Positions 53,155-64,000 of a DNA stretch of 64,000 nucleotides are shown one piece after another; position 1 is the stretch's first letter; every line of letters starts with the position of its first letter. This DNA is from Octopus vulgaris (Eukaryota), in NCBI GenBank assembly GCA_951406725.2, contig OX597826.1, positions 38,936,001 to 39,000,000 on the forward strand, read 5' to 3'. A program made the translations under genes and the position numbers. The notes beneath the pieces were generated by a model. The model had not been told where the DNA came from. It made no database searches and was given only the letters and a program-made list of their open reading frames with translations.

Positions 53155-54023
53155 GTAAGTATTTATTTGATGCTTTTCATTTTAGATGAGCTTCTTTTTT
53201 GGTGCTTGATTTGCTGGCATGATTGCACTAGTGAGGCCAGACTACCTGCTGTACTCTGATTTACATGAACTAGAGAGAGCTGTATGCAGTTGCTAATCCT
53301 GCTCAATATCACACTACTGTCTTAAAATAGGTATCACTATGAATTTTAGAAAATATTTAAATTTATTTTCTACTGTACTTTTTCTTGGAGCTTAACCATA
53401 TCTTTGTCTCTCTCTCTCTCTCTTTTTTTAAATATTTTCACCTTGATCTTTGTAGGCCTTTTGAGACCAATGAGATTGATGTGGTTGTTCTTAGACAGCT
53501 ACAAGTTAACGACTATAGAAAAACAAGCAGGGAAGGGATTCCAGAGGCAATCTGCATACATTGTGGGTGGATGCACTATGCAGCTGGCCAAGAGAAGCTA
53601 TTGTAAGATCAAAAGAAAAGGCAGTGAGGTGGCACTATGTCTGTTAGATTTTGGAGTGCGTTGCTGAGTGACTCAGTTAGATGGCCTTTCTCTTGTGAGA
53701 CTGTTGTAGTTGTGGGTATTTATGAATGTATGTTTTGATAAAGATTTTGGAGATAGTTATTATTTAAAATTTTGTAACAAGTGTTATTAATGTAATCTCT
53801 CACTATACTGGTTCTGTAATGCAACTTTGTAACAAATAGTATAAAGTAAAATTCCATTGAGCTGGTTCTGTGATCAAATTTTGATTCTTGGTTATAACCA
53901 TTTTACCTTCTTGCGAAAACCATGCCATCTCATTCCCCTCCCTCTTTTATAAATATGAAATCCTGTTCCCATAGATGACTGTTTTATTATTTATAATTTG
54001 TTTCTTAAATAATTGTTTTTCAG

Positions 54024-54103
54024 CCTCTTTATACAAAACCCAAAGTTGTTGGTTTTGCTTATTTTGCTGAACCTTTCCATAATGAAAAGGATCTTGATAA
54101 AAA
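54024..54103 (+). CDS. CANX: Calnexin exon
   Basis: CAG|PLYTKPKVVGFAYFAEPFHNEKDLDK(K)|GTTAGT. Phase 0 to 2; matches the calnexin Y-x-x-P...YFA-x-F segment. Confidence 0.9.
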
Positions 54104-56613
54104 GTTAGTATGTTTTTTTTCTACATTATTTTTTAAAGATTTTATATAATTAAACAATAAGTAAGGGATTTTTTATTCTACAAGTCTTTGAAAGCACAGA
54201 GTTGTCAGTTGTAATGCCAACAAGGAATGTAAAATCACCATTTTACTCAGACAGTGACAAAATATCAACATTCACACACACAGGCTTCCTACAGTTTCCT
54301 TCTCTCAAATTCATTTTCAAAGCATTACTTAGTCCAGGGCTATAGTAGTAGACACTTACCCAAGACACAACACTATGGCAAATGTTTTCTACTACATCCC
54401 TGGATCAACTGATACATTGTGAGTGAATTTGATAGACTGTATATACTGGGAATATTGGTGGGATTGTTTAAATTGGTTCTAAAGACATGAGTTAAATAAA
54501 GATTAATAGTTAGATTCGTTTGCCTTTTATAGGTGCTCAGATATAACTTCAATAGATATTTTAACTAACAGAGAAAAAAAGTAAAGACCTAGTTTGTTCT
54601 GAAACTGTTTTTATGTAAAGACATAGAAAGTGATGTACTCTTTCTCATTGATCATCATTCTCTACAAATTCCTATGGTATCGATTTCTTCGTTTCGAAAC
54701 ATCTCTAGGTGTAAACTCAGATACAGCTTAGTCAGAATTGATTTACCTGACTTATGAAATAACTAAATTTGACATTGAGTCTTAGTTTCATTAAATTTGA
54801 TTTTGCTTTCTACCCTTTCACTATTAATTTAATCTACTACTATCTTTCTCAGATTTGTGTGGTCCTGTGCCAATATTTGAAGTAATTATTTTATTGATAA
54901 CTTAGTGACAAAAATGGTAATATTGGATTATATACCTTGTGGTATTACACACCTTTGCATTCTAAATTCAAATCCACTTGAGTAGAATTTACCTTTGATA
55001 AATGTGATTTTATTATCATTTTTATATTCATGTTCTTTGCTGGTGTGTGTTAGATGGGTGATTTTCAATAAAGTGTCTCTCCACTTGTTGCAGTCTTTTG
55101 TCTTTTATGAGGCTCAACATCTGTCATTATTTTTCACTTTTTTTTAATCAAGTCTTCTTTGGCCTGCTAGCTGCTTCTATTTGCATAGTTTGATATCTTT
55201 TTGCCTATCATTCTTCATGCATATTTCATGCCTTTACCATCACTATTTTCTTTTGCACATCATCATCATCTGTTGTCCATGCTGGCATGGGTTGGACGGT
55301 TTGGCCAGGGCTGGCATGCTGGAAGGTTGCACCAGACTCCAGTTTGATTTGACATAGTTTTTATGGCTGGATGTCTTTCCTAACGCCAACCACTCTGAGA
55401 GTGTAATAAACACATAAATAATTATGCCTGAAACAAGTAAAAGGAGATAAAGATATGTCAACTTGGAAAATCCAAATTAGCTGTTACTCTTTAGCCTGCG
55501 GTTGACCCTGATCCAGCAGACCTATAAGTAAAGAAATTTGTGACCATCTCATTTATTTCCCTAAGCCTAGAATACCTAGGGTTACATTATCCAATGTGTC
55601 CTTTCCTTTTTTAAGACAGTAAAGTGTAATGCAAATGAAATTTGTCTGCATTTCTAGCATGTCATGCACACTATGTCAAATATCTCTGGTGTCCAGTTTG
55701 TTTCTTTCAGCACATTTGTGCTCTGTTATTCATACATGTTGACAGTTATCCATCCTGCAGAGTATACTCTCCATGTTTGTTTCCAGCTTTTGTATATCCT
55801 CCATATCCAATAACCATATGTTACTTCCATGTTACATCATACTTTGTATGCAAGCATCATGCAGTCTGTCCTTTGCACGAGAGAAGCCATTTATTGTCAA
55901 TTGAAGCAATAACTAAATTTTATAGACTTACCTTCACTGCTGATTAGATCACCTGGATAGTAGAAGAATGAACTGACAGCTGGGAGTGTCAAGAAATGCG
56001 CTTTTCTGTGAATCTAACATTGGATCTTGTGGTGTTGGAGCAAACATGTAATTTTGTTGCTTTTTACATTCATTTTTCATGCTTGCTTAGGTTAGGAGAA
56101 TATGTTGTTTGAGGTATTGTTTACTGCTGGATTCCCTTTCTGATGCTAATCTTCACCTGCTTTTCAACTAAGGGATGTTTTATTCTACCAGGCTTTGAAA
56201 GCATGAAGTGATCCAACAATTTTTTACAGGAGAAACTGACGACACTGATTTCCACAATACAAGTGGTCACAGGTGCATACAAATATGCACACACATACAC
56301 ATAATGGATTTTTGTTTTTTGAATTTTCTGTCTTCCAAATCCACTTGCAAGGCTTTGATTGACCTTTGACTTGGGTTTACCGTAGAAGACATTTCCTAAG
56401 GTGTCATGCAGTGGTGTGGAATTTGAAACTTTTGCTATTGGGGAGTGAATTTCTCAACTACACAGCCATGCTTATTTAAGATTTCATACCTAGTTAAATT
56501 ATTATTCTTGTCTTTTAAAGTGTAACCTTGCTAATCGTTCTTTAAAAAAAGCACATACATTTCATTAGTTCATTATTGAACTCAGTTTCATAATAGCTTA
56601 TAAATCTTTGCAG

Positions 56614-56672
56614 GTGGATCCTATCTCAAGCTAGGAAAGAAGGTGCTGAAGACAGTATTGCTAAATATGATG
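56614..56672 (+). CDS. CANX: Calnexin exon
   Basis: CAG|WILSQARKEGAEDSIAKYD(G)|GTATGT. 59 nt; matches WILSKAKKD...IAKYDG. Confidence 0.95.
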
Positions 56673-57093
56673 GTATGTAAAGAAATTTGAACTCTTGTAT
56701 TTGTTTTGTGTGTTGATTTATAAAAGTGGTCAGTTAACATCAAAGCTACCATCGTTGTGACAGGGTGAAGGGGACTTTAGTTTGGTGAAGGGCACAATAA
56801 TCTCTTTAGTGTTGTGCCACAATAAAATGCACCCAGTACACGATAGGGTGGTTAGTGCAGATATTTCCACAGCTTTTAAATCCACATCAAGTTTGGCCAG
56901 ATTGAAATACCTGTAAAAGTAAATATATATGGTGAAGTATATTTGCCATTTAAATATGGCTAACCCCTAAGGGTGGATGCTACTGTAGCTTGTAGCCCCA
57001 GGAGAACACCTCCTCTGGCTGGCTATAGACACTTTCTGTGCCCTATCAGTATTTGCAAAGGGAAGCCATCCTTCCTGTCTTCAACCTATGATA

Positions 57094-57138
57094 CACACGG
57101 ACTCGAGGTTCTGGGTATTGACCTGTCATCAGCGTGTG
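57094..57138 (-). ncRNA. Decayed type I hammerhead ribozyme in a ~250-bp intronic element (about 56935-57185)
   Basis: Minus strand: CACACG CTGATGA CAGG TCAATA CCCA GAAC CTCGAG TC CGTGTG. It has a 6-bp stem I and a palindromic stem III. Confidence 0.6.
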
Positions 57139-57609
57139 ACAATCATGGCTGTTGATGAAAAGTAGGCTTTCCTCTGCAAATATATATCCTTTTTCCAGTG
57201 ATGTAAAGACACTGATATCGAAAAAGTGGTTTTAGTCATGCTGACTTACAGTGCTCCCCCTTTATGAAATATACTCCACTTGTACAACTCTGTGTTTGCA
57301 TCATGGATCTTCCATACTTTGATACTCCATTTTGTGAGTTTGCCAGGTATATAGGTTAGAAAACATTTAAAAAAATAATTTTTGTTTCCATATTTCTTGG
57401 AAGTAAAGAATTTTTTTTATCCAAACTACTTTAAACAGATAATTACATATATACAGAATTCTTTTAAGAAAGTAGTTTCAAATACTTTCAAAATAATTTT
57501 TGAACATATGTAAGAAATAAAATTATGCTTGAATATCTTTTTTATTTAATTCTTTGTAAATCATGCAATTTTATTTTGTGCTATTTTTCTCTCCTCACAT
57601 TTTCTAAAG

Positions 57610-57674
57610 GTCGATGGAGTATAGAAGAACCTGATGTCAATCCTTTAAAAGGAGATCTTGCTTTAATTCTGAAG
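57610..57674 (+). CDS. CANX: Calnexin exon
   Basis: AAG|(G)RWSIEEPDVNPLKGDLALILK|GTAAAC. Phase 1 to 0. Confidence 0.92.
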
Positions 57675-59030
57675 GTAAACTAATATTTCTGAGGATTTCA
57701 TTAATGATGCACTCAACCTCTTACACTATAATACAATGAGTAGCTAGTGCCATTGCTTGAACAATAGTTGAAACTGGTGGCAGATCCATAAACAGAGATC
57801 TATATTGGTACCTACATTGTTCTCTACTGTTCTTGTAGCCATACATAGGGAAATTTTATGTGGTCTTGAATTTGGAATTTATTTATTGTTTTGCCAAACT
57901 AGATCTCTTCAATTTTTCTTATTAGAGTGTAAAAACAATAACTTTCCATATCTTTTTATGGACAGCTACAGTGTGTCTGTAGCAATATAGAAGTCATTCT
58001 TATGCCACAGCACACACACTGGATTATGATTGTGTTCTGTGTATCTGAAAAATACAATTTTGAGTTGTATCAAAATGAAATGACAGTACTATTCTATGTA
58101 TCAGTTGATGGCATTCGTTTGAAAACTGTAGAAGACCTTACAGTATTATACCAAAAGACAGACTTATTGACACTAAACTACACACAAGTATGGTAAAAGC
58201 AAGCATAGCATTTGGATGATTACTTCTATATCTATAGAACAATCATCGGTTTTCCACCAGAATCAAATGCAAGATCTGCATATTTGTTGTATTATCATCC
58301 ACTTTTTGTATGTACCAAAACTTTATTGTGCAAGAGTCAGGTTAAGCTTTATGATTAAATATTTGCATAATATCCAGTAGATTTGGACTCGAGATTTATT
58401 AAGTTGATAGTCCAATTTTTTAACATTTTGATCTACACAGGTATAATTGTGTAGTTGAGAAGTTTGCTTCACAACCACTTAGTTTTGAGTTCAGTCCTAC
58501 TACATGGTGAACAAGTGTTTTCTACTGTTGTGCCAGACTGATCAATGTCTTGTGAGTGGATTTGATGGATGGAAAGTAAAAGAAGTTGGTTGTAGAAATG
58601 TGTGTATATATATTCATGTCTCCTTCTCTTCACATCACATGCTAATTATGAAACAAACTTCATTATCAAACAAATGATGTTTGTTTGCATGAAAATGTAT
58701 CTGGCCATTGTACTGTTTATTTTTCGAAGGACCAGGAGTAACATTAGGTTGCTTAGAGGTGAGGATTGGCAAAGAGAAGACCATGTAGCTGTAGAAAATG
58801 TGCCTCATCTAATTTCGTCTGACCCATGTAGTGGGTGTTATGATGATAACATTTTGATCAGTATAAAATATTGACAGTTGAACTACAAGACCACAGATAT
58901 GGTCAGCTCTCACTTTGTAATTTTATGTACCAAAGCCTGCCCACACTCCCACCTTTTTTTATTCTCATTACCTGAAGATTTTTTTTTTCCTATGTCAGTA
59001 TTGACAATGTGTTTTTTTTTTTTATTTTAG

Positions 59031-59107
59031 TCAAAAGCCAAGCATCATGCCATATCTTGTAAATTGCAAAAGCCCTATGATTTTGTTGGTAAACCTTTTA
59101 TTATACA
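59031..59107 (+). CDS. CANX: Calnexin exon
   Basis: TAG|SKAKHHAISCKLQKPYDFVGKPFII(Q)|GTAAGT. Contains the AKHHAIS signature. Confidence 0.95.
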
Positions 59108-59221
59108 GTAAGTACAAAAGCAAAATATACAGTAAGTGTAATGCTTTTATTATCTAATAAGAATTCAGAACCTGTTGTTGTACAATTTTTAAAAAATGTT
59201 TTGATTCATCATTTGTTTTAA

Positions 59222-59904
59222 CCTTTTTGCTCCTAATGGGACACATGTGTCTCAAGAAAAGTTTTGATACTAAAGTGAATTTTCTTCATTTAAAATGACT
59301 TGGGATGGGACAAATCAGGGTTACAGTGTAAGAAGTAGGATGGAAAGAGTTCGCTTGTCCAGAAGCAATTATCTTTTATAACAGATATATGTGTAGAGTA
59401 GATCGCTCTGATCAAAGTAGTAAATGGTGGACTGAAGTGTTCTTCAGGCTTCTGATGACAGCTGTTTATAACAGCTGTTATTCACTCTGAAATTCACCAT
59501 ATGAAACCACCATTCACTCTGAAATAAGTATTATTTGGAAGGGGTCATTATATTTATTATTTTATAAGTGTTATTCGAAAAAATAATTGTAATTTATAAT
59601 AAATATATGAGAAAGCAATTATAGCTTCATTTTGCATTTGAAATAAACTAAGATTTATCTTATTTTTATTTCCGTAATTTTCTGAACCTGTTCAACATGC
59701 ATGTGAAATACTGTTGAGATAGGATAGTCCCAAGTATTTGTTCATTAGAATACTATTGGGACATTTTTCTCCCATGTTTAAAAATCATATGTAGCAATAA
59801 AAAAAAGTTTAGATTTTAATTATGGTAGATAATGAAGGTCTAAAGAAGCAGAAAATGTGAAAAGATAAAATAAAATCTGATGTGCAAAAGTCAGAGCAAA
59901 AGGG
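59222..59904. mobile_element. Non-autonomous piggyBac-like element
   Basis: TTAA|CCTTTTTGCTC ... GAGCAAAAGGG|TTAA. Confidence 0.7.
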
Positions 59905-60667
59905 TTAATAATTTAAAAATTGATAAAAAAAAAGTTGAATTTGCTTTCTAATATATATACTTTTAAGTCTACCATTTTGAATATTAACTATTAATCAATT
60001 TTTATTAAGCTCTAAAAGTTTTTGAGTGGTAGTAGACATAACATGTTCATTTTAAACACTACTTACTGCCTAGCAACTTTAGTGCCTTTACTGGTATTTA
60101 TGCTGTTGTAAAAGTATTTGGAATAGACCCACCTTTTATTTTGCAGGGTATTGACCTGCAGATAGACATCAACCATGCCAATTTCACAAGTCTAGGAAGG
60201 CTGGCCTGCAAAATTCATGGCCACCTGCTTACAAAATCTTATTAAAAATAGACAATGTGTACTTTTGGAATTGAAGACAAAGGTGGCTATGAATGTAGAG
60301 TCATTTGTTACCGTCTCATTTTCTTTGCTCACCCCTTCATAACTTGTTTCTGAATTTCATGTTGATCTATTATTGCAAACTTCTACTATCTATAAAATTG
60401 CTTGTTAAATAGGATGAGGTGAGAAGGCACAGGAAACCAAAGTTGTGAGCAGGCTTCAGATCTAGAAATTTTCTCAAGTTAAAATTTAATCAAAGCTTTC
60501 TTTCTGGTTTTAATTTAATTTTTTTTCTTTGCATTTTTTTTTCTACTCCAGCAAAATAAACTAAATAAAAGACTTTATTTTCAGTTAATTAAATAACACT
60601 ATAATTTTTTTATTTCTGTCCCCCTCTCTTTTTCTCTCATTTCTTTTTTTCTCTCTTTTTCTCAAAG

Positions 60668-60746
60668 GTATGAAGTTAAATTTCAAAATGGTATTGAATG
60701 TGGAGGGGCATATGTGAAGTTGTTGTCTAAAGATAATTTAGACCTT
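60668..60746 (+). CDS. CANX: Calnexin exon
   Basis: AAG|YEVKFQNGIECGGAYVKLLSKDNLDL|GTGAGT. Contains the calreticulin-family signature CGGAYVKLL. Confidence 0.97.
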
Positions 60747-61399
60747 GTGAGTAAAATTTACTTCTTGTTCTATTAGTCATTCTACTTCTCTCATCAAATG
60801 ATTTACTTTTTTAACTTGGATGGTGGTTATTTATGTAGATTTTTATATTGGTAATTTAGAATTTTTTTCCCCACATATGAGAAGAACTATTTAGCAATCT
60901 GTGTAGAGCCATTCATTGGAGTGAAATTGTCATTTTAAATGAATATATCTCATTTTCACTCTATATGTAATTCTATTTACGTAGACCTCCATGAGTGTCT
61001 TTGCATTCTTGTTTTTATGTGTGTTGAATACAAAACCCCATATTCATCCTCTTCTAGTAAAAGATTATTATTCTACATTTCTTGAAATTTGAACCACTCT
61101 TATCATTGTCTGGTAGGCTTTAGACCAAACTGTTATTCAGTAAGTTCATCCATTCCAAGAACAGCAGCAATTACATGATTAAAGTGCTCAACTACTGATT
61201 TCCCTAACCTAAAATTATGACTTAGAATTAGATTTGTCTTTTGGTGTAGCATTGTGTCTATTTACAACAGTTTATATACAATCTACAGCTAAAAAATGGT
61301 TAAGTAGTTGCTTCTAAGAATGATAGCCTGTTAAAAAATTTATATACAAAATGCTTCAAGTTACAGAACCATTCAACTCAGAATAGTCAAGAAGATGAA

Positions 61400-62010
61400 C
61401 TGATGATATATGAGACAATGTGGGAGAGCAAATTGTGATGTCATTGGAGAGAAGTGTGTCCACATGGATGATGGTTCACTTGCATTTAATGATTCTGTAA
61501 AGAAAGAGGCTTGAAAATGCCTTTATGAAAGGCTGCTAAATGTAGAGAATGCTTGAGAAAAGAAGAGTCTGCCTAATATAAACCCAACTGAGGGACTAGC
61601 TATCTGAATCGACAGTAGCTTGGTAGATAAAGCAATTAAGGATATGAAGACTGGGAAAAAACCCTAGTCCATCAGTAATCATCACTTAGATGCTTAAAAT
61701 ATCTGGCGGAGTGGGATATGACTTAGTCACTCATATAGTTAATCAGGTTGTTTATGAAGGAGTTACACCCAATGATTGGTGTAGTTGCATTAGTGAGCTG
61801 CTACAAAGGCAAAACTGATGCCTTAGACAGAAATAATTACAGAAGCACCAAATTGCTGGGAGATTGATGAAAGTCACAGAAAGGGTCATAGCTCAATTAA
61901 TTAGGGAGAGAGTTGCCATAGATGAGATGCAGTTTGGATTTTTGCCGGGTAGGTGCACAACTGCTACTATATTCCTGGTTAGGCAACTGTAGAAGTATTT
62001 AGCCAAAAAT
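61400..62010 (+). mobile_element. Decayed RTE LINE fragment
   Basis: Collinear with about 19250-19850 (DEMQFGFLPGRCTTATIFLVRQL). Confidence 0.85.
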
Positions 62011-63916
62011 GTCTTGCTTCTGATGATAGAAGTAGAGTTGGCAGAGGTCAACCCATGGGCGGAGAAAGATCCAGCTCCCTGTCTTTTTAGATCCATAATC
62101 AGAACAGGTAACAATTGACGTTTTTGTCCAATGCCAAAAGTTCAATACTTTTACCAGTCTCTCAAATGTTACAGGGTGCAGGTAAAATGTGTAGATTGAT
62201 GAAATCTGCCTGATCATGTGCCTTCCAACTTCTACCAAATAGTTTATTACCCACTGTTATCAAAGTCCCTTCTGCTTGTTACACTGGTATACACTGGGTT
62301 TTTTGAAAAATGAAGGTTGGTGGAGCATATAAATTCGGTGTTTGGCTTATAGCATTTTGTAACACATTTTAAACAAAAGATTTGAATTTCTAGACCTCAC
62401 AAACATATGAAATGACAAAAATAAGCCACCTATCTAATATACCATGAAATTCATCTGTCTAAATTGTGAATTTTGACTACCATTTTGCAAAAGTTTTATT
62501 AGTTAGAATAAGCTTATTTTATATCAGTATACTTATTAGTAAATTCAAGTTATAGTTTTTATGTAGTTTCATTCAAAGTCATGCATTATATGTATTAAAA
62601 TGTGATTTTTCACCATTTTGATGGGTTATCAACCTACACTCCCTGTACGTCAAGGATGCGTCAAGCTAAGTAAAATCAGTGTCATCCATACATACAGGCT
62701 TGTCCTTTATAGGTGTAGGTGTCACATAAATGTACTCAGGCCGATGCTGTGTAAATGCACCCATGCCAGTGGCTTGTAAAATGCACCCAGTACACTCTGT
62801 GAAGTGGTTGGCATTAGGAAGGGCATCCAACTGTAGAAACCATGCTGAAAGAGACAATTGGAGTCTGGACAGCTCCCTGGCTGGCCAACTCCATGTCAAA
62901 CTGTCAAACCCATGCCCTCATGGAAAATGGCCACTAAATGATGATAATATTATATGTATTATAATATTTGGAATCCATTAAATGGCGGTGCCCCAGCATG
63001 GCCACAGCTCATGAGCTGAAACTAGAATCAATCAATCAGTTTTGATTAGATGGAATGAATCATCCTCATAATACTGTACCCATCTGTTGTAACATTCCCT
63101 TCTAGTCTTGTACTTTATTGCTCATGTAAAAGCTAACATATGTGAAGCAAAGAAGACTGTTAGAGTAGCTTAGCCATCCCTTGTATGTAGATATGATCAG
63201 GTAGATTATACCACACTTTTGTTAATTGTTTTAGGTGCCTATGTAGTTGGGAGCAGACTTAGAAACCCTCTCGAGCCTCTCACCCTTGGCCTAGTGGAAC
63301 TTATTTTTAATTGGAGTAATAAGGATAACTCTAAAATTTAAAAAAAAATCAAAACTGAAACCCAGAAGTCTTGCATCTCTTAACCACTGATCAAAGATTG
63401 TAAAGTTTAAATATTTATTTTAAATTGTCAGAAAAATATTTATTTTAACTGTATTCTTTGAATGTCTATTGGCCTGATATTAGAACTAAACAAGTTGATA
63501 TGTCAGCATACTAGCTGAAGAGACTACACTTTGTTTCCTAAAATTTGTGGTTAAGACATTGATTAGATCATCTCTATTGTAAATAGGCACTTTGAGTAGT
63601 TACAAACCTACCATTGTTAAACTTAGTTATTAAAATAAATGACTTGAAAAAGGTAAAGTATTCCACTGTTGTACTCACTTTATGGCTAGAGCCCTTTTTT
63701 GTTCTAATTAGATATCTGTACCTCAGATTTGGATTATGGTTCTTCTAGAATGTGAGCAGTGGTTTGTATACAGTGATTCAATTTACATTAAACTCATCAT
63801 ATATGAGTAGCTGTCTCTTGGTGGGTGTCCTCAAAATAATCCATTCAAAATGTTTTGAACAAACTCCTTTTTCCTAATTTTATAATATTTCCATTTATAA
63901 ATTTTCTTTATTTCAG

Positions 63917-63985
63917 CTTCATTTTCATGATAAAACATCTTACACAATTATGTTTGGTCCAGACAAATGTGGTTTGGATTATAAG
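63917..63985 (+). CDS. CANX: Calnexin exon (gene continues beyond the window)
   Basis: CAG|[23 protein letters not shown]|GTAGGC. Contains the IMFGPDKCG signature. Confidence 0.97.
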
Positions 63986-64000
63986 GTAGGCAGAAATCAG

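Noticed and set aside
53155-53259. C-terminal part of ORF 52942-53259
   Set aside because: It is read-through past the GTAAGT donor at 53155. Calnexin homology continues in the 54024 exon.
59452-59480. CTGATGA followed by hairpin CAGCTGTT-TAT-AACAGCTG
   Set aside because: No GAAA core or stem I follows, and it lies inside a piggyBac-like element.

Overview
AT-rich, repeat-dense animal genomic DNA. It is probably octopus or another coleoid cephalopod; this is inferred from the SINE, RTE and microsatellite repertoire and is not provable here. The only clear host gene is the 5' part of calnexin on the + strand, with seven coding exons from 52931 to 63985 and the gene continuing past the window. 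A likely first exon at about 32700-32762 sits just behind a perfect ER-stress response element (CCAAT-N9-CCACG) and is followed by a ~20 kb first intron. A possible first exon of a minus-strand gene lies near 421-540. The region from about 2 to 32 kb is a nested transposon graveyard: mariner, Chapaev3, Penelope-like remnants with hammerhead-ribozyme motifs, a Helitron with both termini inserted in a SINE, RTE LINEs, a decayed Gypsy, a solo LTR and a complete hAT with TSD. The most unusual signals are a 155-bp perfect palindrome filled with pieces templated from 1.3 kb away, a set of hammerhead-like motifs including a recurrent non-canonical core, and several fold-back structures in calnexin intron 1. 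Most ORF-track entries are microsatellite artefacts or transposon fragments.
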